From Eledone cirrhosa (lineage: Eukaryota), in the NCBI GenBank assembly GCA_964016885.1, contig OZ024751.1, positions 31,682,001 through 31,746,000 on the forward strand: DNA of 64,000 nt, given 5' to 3'. Every line of letters begins with the position of its first letter. Position 1 is the first letter of the stretch. This document shows, in pieces, positions 1 through 9,668 of the stretch. Position numbers and translations under genes: made by a program. Under the pieces are notes generated by a model, which searched no databases, was not told the DNA's origin, and was given only the letters and a program-made list of their open reading frames with translations.

Positions 1-376
1 AATACTGGAAGAAGTCGGGCCGTTCAGCTCCGAAAGGGGAGTAGACGGCGACCAGTCTCAAGGCCGCACTTTCACTACTGCCAACGTCTAGCACCAACAA
101 ACGACCCTCTGGGTCCGAGTGCACAACCTGTACGGCAAGACCTAGGTGTTTTTGCAGCAGTACGACAACCCCACCCCCACCTCCAGGTTGACAGAGAGAT
201 GCATGCACCTCAAAGTCATCGAAGGTGGGGGCCAGCTGCCGCATGACGCTGATTCGAGTCTCACAGATAACCATTACATTTATACTACATGACCTGAGGT
301 CATTTAGAAGCTTTGCTTGCTTCCAAGTTGAGCCCAGGCCACGTGCATTCAAACATCCTACTCTTAACACATCCAT
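1..376 (-). CDS. LINE ORF2 N-terminus (APE endonuclease), L1/Tx1-type; runs off window start
   Basis: ATG at 376 opens MDVLRVGCLNARGLGSTWKQAKLLNDL...VICETRI...GGGGVVVLL...DPEGRLLVLDV...LVAVYSP with no stop to position 1. NxRG, xETx, GV, GR and YxP motifs are typical of L1/Tx1 endonucleases. Not in the ORF track because it is truncated. Confidence 0.85.
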   Translation of the reverse strand, partial: MDVLRVGCLNARGLGSTWKQAKLLNDLRSCSINVMVICETRISVMRQLAPTFDDFEVHASLCQPGGGGGVVVLLQKHLGLAVQVVHSDPEGRLLVLDVGSSESAALRLVAVYSPFGAERPDFFQY

Positions 377-409
377 GTGGGCGGCAGAGCCAAAGGAGAG
401 TGTAGAGAC

Positions 410-1973
410 CTACCTTTCCGCTTCCCGGGGTTCGGGTTGCACGACTTCCATGGGGTCGGGGGTGTTGGGTGAAGGGGTGTCTTGTGGTGGTGTGGGGTCG
501 TCAGTGTGTGGTGGGGTTGGGGTGTTTGGAGTTGTGTTGGGGAGGGGAAGGGGAGGGGGAAAGCTTTTTAGTAGGACGCGGTTTATGGGTTTGACAGAGG
601 GTGGTCCTACGTCCTCCTTAAAATCCTTTTTTAGTTTTTGGTAGAGGTTCATTGGGATCTTTATTAGTTTTAAATGTGGGTAGTTTTCTGACGAAACAAA
701 GTTTACACCTTCGGTTTGTACCGAAGGATTATTGTATATGAGTTCATTTAATTTATTATTGTTTCTGTTGATGTAAGTATAGTGTAATGTCTTTTTTTCC
801 GATGGTGTGAGTGTTTCGAAGAGGGGATGGGGCAGGTTTGGTTTTGTTTGTTGCTGGAGGGGTGTTTTCTGTTTTGTTGGATTGTGTTGAGATTTGGGTG
901 GGGGTTGTTTGTCCTTGTGTGTTTTGCACATGTTTTCTTTTTTTCCTTTTAATCTGTCTGAAGGACTCCGTTTCTTCCTCCGAATTCGTTGGGTTATCTT
1001 CAGTGTTGGAGGGAAGAGGTATGTTTGCTGGTAATGTTTCCGTGTTGGTTTTCTTTGTGGGGGAGATGGATGTCACTATGTTAGACTGTGTTGTGTGTTG
1101 TGTCTGCGGTGGTTGTGTTGTTTTATTGAGTGAGGGGTTGGGTGGGCCTGTATTTTGTTTTGGGGTAATGTGTTGTGACTGTTTGTGTTGTGGTGGTGTT
1201 GTGGTTTTACTGAGGGACGGGTTGGGTGGGACTGAGTTTTGTTGTTTGTTTATCTGTTGTGGTGGTGGTGGTGGAGCTGGTGTTGGTAGCAGGGTTTTCT
1301 TTTTGTTGAGTTGGGGACAAGCGGCCTTCAGGTGCCCTCTGCCTGCACAGATATGGCAGGACGGCCTTCTCCCCTCCACACTAATGTTTATATACCCGTG
1401 GTCCTCTAATAGGATTCTGTCGGGTATTTGGGCGATGCGTTCAGGCTTCATTTGTACTACCAGTTCTATACCTGTTCCACTGAACGCATTGCCTGTGGTT
1501 TTCCCAATGGAAATCACGTTGTCATTCACTGGATCGATGAAGCCAGCTATGAGCCAGCAGTAGTCCACATCTGGCATCATTGCATCCAGCCATATGCGTT
1601 GAGTTCTTTTCCCCATATAAGATGGATAAAAGATGAAATTTTTCGAACGAATCGGTGACAAAGCACATTTTTTTGCCGCCGATTCGTTCTTCATGATAAT
1701 TGCTAGGCTTCCATACAGTCTGTCTTTTCTTATGAAAGTGGTTTCATTAAGTACTTCTGTGAGTACTGTTTTGATATCTGCTTGAGAAGGCTGTTCAGGT
1801 TTTTTTGTACTGTTGTTGATGGTCCGAAACTTGACCGTTCGGCTTTCAATGTCTTTCGTGAATTCTTGAGGCATTTTTACCGATAAAATACCATTCTCTC
1901 CTTCACTTATGTATTGTTTGGCGTCCGTGATCCTTCGTACCACATCTGAAATGTTTTCCGCTATATAAGTCAA
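410..1973 (-). CDS. LINE ORF1 (gag-like, CCHC zinc knuckle), apparently split by one frameshift near 760
   Basis: ORF 756..1973 contains CHICAGRGHLKAAC (CX2CX4HX4C) followed by a Pro/Thr/Gln-rich linker. ORF 410..931 continues it in another frame and stops 33 nt before the ORF2 ATG. The frame is also open upstream of 1973 (..KISFAQKTKKS..). Confidence 0.75.
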
Positions 1974-3569
1974 AGATTTCTTTGTTTTCTGTGCAAATGA
2001 AATCTTGTCGTCTGCTTTGTTTTCTGATATGGTGTTATTTTCAACTGTTATTTTTGTGTTTGTTGAATGACGGATAGAGAGGTAGGTAAGTAGGTATAGG
2101 TAGGTAGGGATAGATAGATATACAGACAGATAGGTTGCTAAGTAGGTGGGTAGATAGAAAGACAGACAGGAAAGTAAATAGAAAGATAGATAGATAGAGA
2201 GATGTAATAAGAATATATCTGTTTCGTGAAGATTAAGGTTAAAGATGTGAGGTCATGGATTTTATTATGTGTGTGAGGAGTATATGAGAGATTGACAATG
2301 AATGCTTATCTGTTGTGTTTATGACTTAAGATAATTGATATTCAGCTGAAGGTGAGCATGTCAGACCTACAACAAATTGTTATTGTTTAGCTCAAAATCT
2401 TGGGTTCTTGGGCTCTGATCTAACAGACTCACCATTGAAAGGTATTTTAGCCATAGAAAGTCTAAAGTCTGTCTCGAGCCTGGAGACTCATCCTGGTTTA
2501 TGTGGTGTTAAGCAACTGAGGGTACAAGACTACCCCCTGGACAGGATGCCAGTCCATCACAGGGTTAAACCCCAACTACTGCTGGTATTCATTTTCAGCT
2601 GAGTGAACTGGAGCAACATGAATGGAATGTTTTGTTCAAGAACACAACATTAAGATAAAAGCCTTGCAGTCATATCATGTGAATGAGAATACTGCTGGAA
2701 TTCACTACAAGTGACCTATCAATTTAGACACTGCTTCAAATTCACTACAACTGACCTATCAATTTAGAAAGAGCTTGTAGACAATCAGATATTATTTATT
2801 TCTTATTTGTAATTTTTTTGTTAGGCATGTAAATGATTAAATGTATTAAAAAATATAAGAAAGAAATCTACAGTCCATCAATCAATGTTTGCAAAAAAAA
2901 AAAAAGATTGTTGATAACTGATATATTTTATATCTTTAATACAAGAATGCATTCTCTGTTTGTGAAAAGAAATTCATTTTGGATTTTTTGTTTTTTAAAC
3001 TGGACCTTACTGCCACCTTTCTCCCTTTTTACAGTTTATATACTCGCCACTCCCACTTTTGTATATTTTTATGATGGGGAATAAATAGGCTGTCTTTTGA
3101 CCCTTTCATTTCATGGGTGACTATTTCAGTATGTTTTCAACCAAAAAGAATATATAGTAGTAATAATAAATGCAAAGACCAACAGACCAAAATCCAGAGA
3201 GGACTCTTTAAGGGTTGTATCTACATATATATATATATATATATATATATGTAAATATATATGTATATATATATATGATCAGTGGTGCCACAACATCCAG
3301 TCCTAAATAAATGAGGTTGTGTAGGTGTCACGACAAAAAACACACAGTCCATGCTGTAATGTGGCCGTGTAAGTAACATGGTAAAAACCTCCCAGTCCAC
3401 ACTGTAAACGTGGTTGGTGTTAGGAAGGGCATCCAGCCGTAGAAAACCCGCCAGACAGTCCTATACGAGCAAGACAACCAATCTTGCCTCACATGGGACA
3501 ATTCCCGTCTAAACCCATGCTAGCATGGAAGATAGACGTTAAACGATAATGATGATGATGATGATTAGC

Positions 3570-4051
3570 ATAGGAGGGGTGGTGGTGTTCTGAGGCCATA
3601 GTATCTAGAATAAGGATAGGTTGGAAGAAGTTTAGGGAGCTGCTTCCTCTGTTGACAAAGAGAGGTTTCTCCCTGCGTACAAAAGTCCAGTTGCATGATG
3701 CCTGTGTGAGATGCGCGATGCTGGATGGTAGTGAGACATGGGCAGCAACTGCAGATGACTTGAGAGAGAAACTGTGTATAAGAGGGATAAGTTGTAGTGT
3801 GCGGGAGAGAAGACTGCGATGGTATGGACATGTGATGTGCATGGAGGATGACCGCTGGGTAAAGAAGTGGCAAGAAATCCCAGTAGAGGAAGACAGCGAA
3901 AAACATGGGCGGAGGTGGTGAGAGCAGACCTCAGATCGCTGAACCTCACGGAGGAGATGACGAAGGACCGTGACAAGTGGAGAGATGCTGTGCTGAATAG
4001 GACCCATCCCACCCTTGCAAGCAGGGAAAAGCGGGCGTAAAATGATGATGA
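3570..4051 (+). mobile_element. 5'-truncated, degraded RTE-clade LINE 3' end
   Basis: GWKKFRELLPLL...LHDACVRCAMLDGSETW...ERRLRWYGHVM remnants; ends in CCCACCCTTGCAAGCAGGGAAAAGCGGGCGTAAAA(TGA)n tail. Confidence 0.8.
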
Positions 4052-4055
4052 TATG

Positions 4056-4089
<34 letters not shown>

Positions 4090-4125
4090 TATTTAAAAGA
4101 ATAGAGGTGTAACACACAAGTTATG

Positions 4126-4423
4126 ATATATTGGTAAACGGAAAAGAAAAAGCTGACAAATTGTTCACAGTGAAAAATAGTTTAATTAGGAATAAGTGAG
4201 AATTAGTAATAGTATTGGTTTGTATTCAGTTTTGGTTTTAAGTTTTACCAGTTGCGCATTTCTAATGCTTTTCAAAAATAATTTTGAGATAGTGTCCGTG
4301 ATGTTTGCTCTAATCAGATTAGAGCAAACATCACGGACTCTATCTCAAATACTAATTCTCACTTATTCCTAATTAAACTATTTTTCACTGTGAACAATTT
4401 GTCAGCATTTTCTTTTCCGTTTA

Positions 4424-4432
<9 letters not shown>
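4126..4432. repeat. (TA)n-flanked asymmetric fold-back element
   Basis: Arm 4126-4208 is the reverse complement of 4350-4432; inner palindrome 4283-4315/4317-4349; 4209-4282 is unpaired. Confidence 0.9.
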
Positions 4433-4491
<59 letters not shown>

Positions 4492-4545
4492 TATGTATTT
4501 GTTTTTCACATCAAGATTCTTGATATGAAATCGTGTTGAAACTGA

Positions 4546-4904
4546 TATTGTTATATTTGGGGATTGTCATGTTGCCAGTATAGCCAACAGAAGGAAACAC
4601 ACACACTATATAATTTTCATTATATCTTTGGTGGATTGGCAGTATTGGTAGAGGGTCGGACGTCATGCTTTGACACATAGAGTTACGGCCCTTGCCATTC
4701 TGAGTTCAAATCCCGCCGAGGTTAACTTTGCCTTTCATCCTTACGGGGTCGATAAAATAAAGTACCAGTAATACACTGGGTATTTGCTGGCTTTGTGCCT
4801 AACGTAGAAACAATTATATCTTTATTACTATTTATTCATTTTAGGTTTCTTTTTATTGGCAATACTGGCAACATGACCATCCCCAAATATAACAATATAT
4901 ATAT
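4546..4904. repeat. (TA)n-flanked fold-back element with a SINE inserted in its loop
   Basis: TATTGTTATATTTGGGGATTGTCATGTTGCCAGTATAGCCAA (from 4546) is inverted at about 4856-4900; a third arm fragment lies at about 5156-5190 between TA runs. Confidence 0.8.
4630..4812 (+). mobile_element. tRNA-derived SINE family A
   Basis: A-box-like TGGCAGTATTGG, B-box GAGTTCAAATC, body GCCTTTCATCCTTACGGGGTCGATAAAATAAAGTACCAG; 11-bp target-site duplication ATTATATCTTT on both sides. Confidence 0.85.
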
Positions 4905-5352
4905 CTCATTTAGTTTTTATCATTTATTTTGTTTTGACCTGTTTAGCTTGATTTGCTTTTTGGCTTAGGTGGTTAATGCTTTCTTGACCACTTTTTCAGT
5001 TTTGTATGGCTTCTTAACACATTGTTTAGCTCTGGTTTTTAACTATTGAGCACTTTGCCAGTGTCATCTCTGATTTTTGCATTTCGTTTCGCCTTTCCTA
5101 CCCGCCGAAATGCGATTCTCGCTGAATCTATATTTGTATGAACAGTATATATATATATTGTTATATTTGGGGATGGTCATGTTGCCAGTATATATATGAG
5201 CAGTATATATATGGAAATAAAATGTTTCACTGATGCAGTGGTTGAAGAGATAAAATAATGTTGAGGTCATATATATATATATATATATATTCATTTTATC
5301 AAGGCTAAATAGTTGTTATTCTGGTGTTTGTCTTAGCTGTCAACTATATATC

Positions 5353-5406
<54 letters not shown>

Positions 5407-5463
5407 AGTATATATATAAGAGAGTATTGAAGTTTGCTTGAAGCATTGTGGAATAATAAATAA

Positions 5464-5847
5464 ATATCTTTAAGTCGTTTGGAAGCCTCGACAATGCAAA
5501 TGGGTAAATCTCTGGGTAACAAGATCCGGTGGTGGAGAGAGAGATGTAAGTGGGTGTACGTTGAGATGCATGGTGTGTAAAGATGTGTAAATGTGTAGAA
5601 GAAAGAAGGGAAGAGTATAAAGGATAAAATAAAAATAACAACACAAGAGAGAGTTACCTTGGGAGAGATTTAATAGTCCCTATATATAGGGACTATTAAA
5701 TCTCTCCTAAGGTAGCACATTTACACATCTTTTCACACCATGCATCTCAACGTACACCCACTTACATCTCTCTCTCCAACACCGGATCTTGTTACCCGGA
5801 GATTTACCCATTTGCATTGTCGAGGCTTCCAAACGACTTAAAGATAT
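5464..5847. repeat. (TA)n-flanked asymmetric fold-back element
   Basis: Arm 5464-5595 pairs with 5716-5847; inner palindrome 5655-5714 centred on TATATATA; 5596-5654 is unpaired. Confidence 0.9.
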
Positions 5848-6484
5848 ATATATATATAGTTATATATATATATATAGTTATATATGTATATATATATATA
5901 TATATAGGTGTGTGTGTGTGTATGTGTATATATATTATATTCATGTAGACTCCTTCTCCCCTCTTTACCCTCCCCACTACTTTTCTCTGTTTGTGGTCCT
6001 CACTTTTTTTTTGTTCTACTTTGACCTCATTCAACTAAAAAAAAATTTTTTTCTCTTCAGCCACTGTTTGACCTGTTGACCCCTTGACCCCTACATTCCT
6101 TTATCTCTTGAACCACTGCATCAGTGAAACATTTCATTTACTTCCTTCATCATCATCATCATCACTAATGAATCTGTTTTAACATCAGCTTTCCCTGCTT
6201 CTTGACAGTATTTGTTGCCTGATCATCACAAGATCTCTGCATGCCACTGACTGGAAGGGGGATATAATTGACCCCAGGCAGATTCATTAGGGCCTCTTTT
6301 GAGTTCAAATCCTAAGGAGGACAACTTTGCCTTTCATCTTCCCTGTACTAGAGTCAATACAACCCCTCCCCCCCTAAAAAAAAAGAATTATTGATCTGAA
6401 AGTAAAAATCATTTAAGGGGCAGTAGATTGGCAGAATCAGTAGATCGTAAGATAAACCAAAGTTTCTTTGAGGCCTTCTTTCAA

Positions 6485-6666
6485 CCCTTTAGCATTTACA
6501 TTACTCTATATATACTATTGTATTTTTGTGGTAAACATTTTATCCGAAGCTATGAGATTTTGATATTATTTATTTTATTCAGTATGAAGTGGCCAGTTAC
6601 AGCCAGTTTGAACAGAAAGAGGTGAGAAAATTCTGGCCAGATACGGCCAGTTTAAATGTTAAAGGG
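6485..6666. mobile_element. piggyBac-type MITE (CCCTTTAGCATTT...AAATGTTAAAGGG, TTAA-like flanks)
   Basis: Short terminal inverted repeats; related copies at about 17166-17340, 30629-30826 and 31452-31630. Confidence 0.6.
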
Positions 6667-8223
6667 TTAAAAAAGTTCAAGGATAGCTTTGCCTTTTATC
6701 CTTCTAAGGGTTGATAAAATAAAGTACCAGTCAAATACTGGGATTGATATAATGGACTTTCCTCTCCCCACAAATTGCAGGCCTTGTGTCAAAACTAGAA
6801 ATAATTATGTTATACACTGTTTAATATCAAATAGCTTAATGATATTTTTAACAAAATATTTGTCCACTCATTACACATACACACCTGGCTGTTGATTTGG
6901 CAGAATCAGTAGAGCGTTTGATATTTCTTCAGGGTTTCTTGCTTTCTGAGTTCAAATCCTGTTGAAATCCATTTTGCTTTTCATCCTTCTGTGGTTGATG
7001 GAGAAAGTGTTGTTGCATCCTTCTCTTCAAGTGGATGGAAGGAAGGTTGAAAGGGTGCATAGACACCTAAAACCCTTTAACAAAAGCAAATACAAGTAAA
7101 ATTCCATTATAATGTATAAATACCATTATGACAACATTTTTTTTCAATCTCCGAGGTAATAACAAACAAATGCTCGATTTGTTTCGGTCGATCTCGTCAT
7201 AAAGAATTTTTCATTACAACTAATTTTTTTTTATACCCCGTGAATTTCGTTACAATGGAATTTTACTGTATTACCAAGTCATACTCGATTGTAAATGATA
7301 GATGTGGTTTTCTTTTTCTTCTTGATTTATGCATACACCCTCACAACCACTCTGTCACAAATTCTTCAATGTCCAATCCCACATTCCTATACTCAACACT
7401 TTTTTCTCTGTGTGTTTGTTAACATAGTTCATTATACTTATGGAAAGTATTTCTGTGTGTTTTACAAACATAGTTAGTTATATTTCATCATCATCGTTTA
7501 ATGTCTATCTTTCACGCTAGCATGGGTTTAGACAGGAATTGTCCCACTTGAGGCAAGATTGGTTGTCTTGCTCATATAGGACTGTCTATACAAAGTATTT
7601 CTGTGTGTTTTACAAACATAGATATACTTTATACAAAATATTTTTATTTTTTTATTTCATGTTTGTCTATTTTAAACTTCATTTGAACAATGTATTCTTT
7701 GAAAATGAGGAGAGGGAACAGACAAATATTTGAATGAAAGACAGAAAGGCTAAAAGAATAGAGAGAAACAAAAGATATAGAACAAATAGCCTGCTGTATC
7801 TGACAGTTGCCTTGATTTTCAGAGCTTACCTCCCATACAAATAATTTATTGTTTAATAGAAGTATACAATGAGGAATGTATTTAAAATAATAACAATAAC
7901 AAAAAAACTACAAGAATGGTTTCTGATTTAGGCACAAGGCCAACAATTTTTGGGGAGGGGAAGTCAATTAAATTGACCAGTGCATTATTGAACCTGTATT
8001 TTATTGACCCCGGAAGGATGAAAAGCAAAGCTCACTTCAGCGTGATATGAACTCAGAACACAAAGGGACGTAACTCCATGCTGCGAAGCATGGTGTCTGG
8101 CGTTCTAGAGAAACAAAATCTCAGCTGTACTTGCACTTCCGACAAGATGGCAAAAATTGCTTTTAAAAAAGATAGAGTAGTTATATCTGGAATGTTTGTA
8201 CTTCTATGTCTGCTTGTTAAGGG

Positions 8224-8512
8224 CAGACCTTGGTCTAACCTACCACTATAAACAGACCGTGGCCTAACCTACCACTATAAACAGACCGTGGCCTAACTCT
8301 ACACCATAAATAGACCTTGGTCTAACTTACCGCGATAAAAGACCTTGGTATAACCAACCATCATAAATAGACCTTGGTCTAACTTACCACCATAAATAGA
8401 CCTTGGTCTAACTTACCACCATAAATAGACCTTGGTCTAACTTACCGCGATAAAAGACCTTGGTATAACCAACCACCATAAATAGACTTTGGTCTAACTT
8501 ACCACCATAAAT
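8224..8512. repeat. Minisatellite, ~29-bp unit (AGACCTTGGTCTAACTTACCACCATAAAT), about 10 copies
   Basis: Contiguous direct repeats with no unique spacers. Confidence 0.9.
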
Positions 8513-9462
8513 GAGCTTCCATGGTTTTTTTTAAAAATGAATTTCTATTTGATTATTGTTACTGTCTTCTAATGAGTTTTTTTTTAAATGAATTTCTTTT
8601 TGATTATTGTTACTGTCTTCTAATGATTTAGCAGAAAATGTAAAAAACCAGGTTTGTTAATTCAGATGTTTATAGTATCTGCTTATAAATGTTTATAGCA
8701 ATGTTGTAACAGTTAAGTTGAAAATCACCTTAATAAATCAGCTATTTATTTATGATAAAAACTGTATAAACATGATATTATTTACATCTAATATTGAGTA
8801 AGATTTTTCATCATAATGTTATCTATATATAAATTTCTGCAATTCTGTCACAACACGTAAAGAGAGAGGAGTAGTTTGACTATCTCATACTATTCCTCCC
8901 TCTTTACGTCTGCTGTCTGTGTGAATGTAATTGTACTTTTGTAAGCGGGTCTATGTTTGCATATTTATATTTATATACTCATACATATAAATGTATGCAT
9001 ATGCACATACACACACGCACACTCATGCGTCAGTAACATTCCAAATATCAGCTTATTAATGAAGACTTCCATAATAGTTTCAAAACGTATTGAAACAACC
9101 CCCACACATACACATAGATATTCAGACAGACAGGCACACACACACACATGAAGTAACAGAGTAAAAATAATTAGACCATCAACAATTTGGCATAATGAAA
9201 ATTAGTATTAAAGGTAAAGTGTTCACTATTTGCTGGTTGGAATCCTTGAATTATGTATGGAATTAGGTCACAAATTAGACTGTCCTTGGTTTATTTATTT
9301 TTTAGGTCACTATTCGGCTGTATTGAGACAAATTAGAAATAATTAGGTCAGATCAAATAATCTAGATGAAAAGAAGAAACAAAACAAAAAAAAATAGATT
9401 TCAGAATTCTTACTGAAAGTTGTGAAAATGGGCACATACACACACAATCACACATATACATG

Positions 9463-9493
<31 letters not shown>

Positions 9494-9668
9494 TCACATA
9501 CATATACACATACACACACACACTCACATACATATACACTCACATACATAAACATACAGACACACACACACATACACACACCCCTTCCTAAGAGACAGAC
9601 AGACAAACTGTGGCTTTTGTATGCTTCTGTTTCATTGACAAATAATCTTATCTTTTTAACATTTTCAG

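Larger units (their letters stand above)
1..2220 (-). mobile_element. L1/Tx1-like non-LTR retrotransposon, 5' part (5' UTR, ORF1, start of ORF2)
   Basis: ORF1 with CCHC knuckle followed by APE ORF2; pyrimidine-rich simple-repeat 5' leader. The 5' boundary is approximate. Confidence 0.75.

Noticed and set aside
225-1563. Plus-strand ORFs of 139 and 250 aa
   Set aside because: Antisense shadows of the C/A-rich LINE ORF1 with no recognisable motifs
8224-8512. ~29-bp direct-repeat array resembling a CRISPR array (also 10845-11190, 28060-28215, 55795-56012)
   Set aside because: Units are contiguous with no unique spacers, there are no cas genes, and the context is eukaryotic intronic or intergenic DNA; these are ordinary minisatellites
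8875-8926. Possible GBA signal-peptide exon FDYLILFLPLYVCCLCE
   Set aside because: The upstream AG is preceded by a purine-rich tract instead of a polypyrimidine tract; cannot be supported without transcripts
9422-9668. In-frame N-terminal extension of the first GBA exon (MKMGTYTH..LWLLYASVSL..)
   Set aside because: Runs through a CA microsatellite and the polypyrimidine tract; a clear TTTTCAG acceptor lies at 9668
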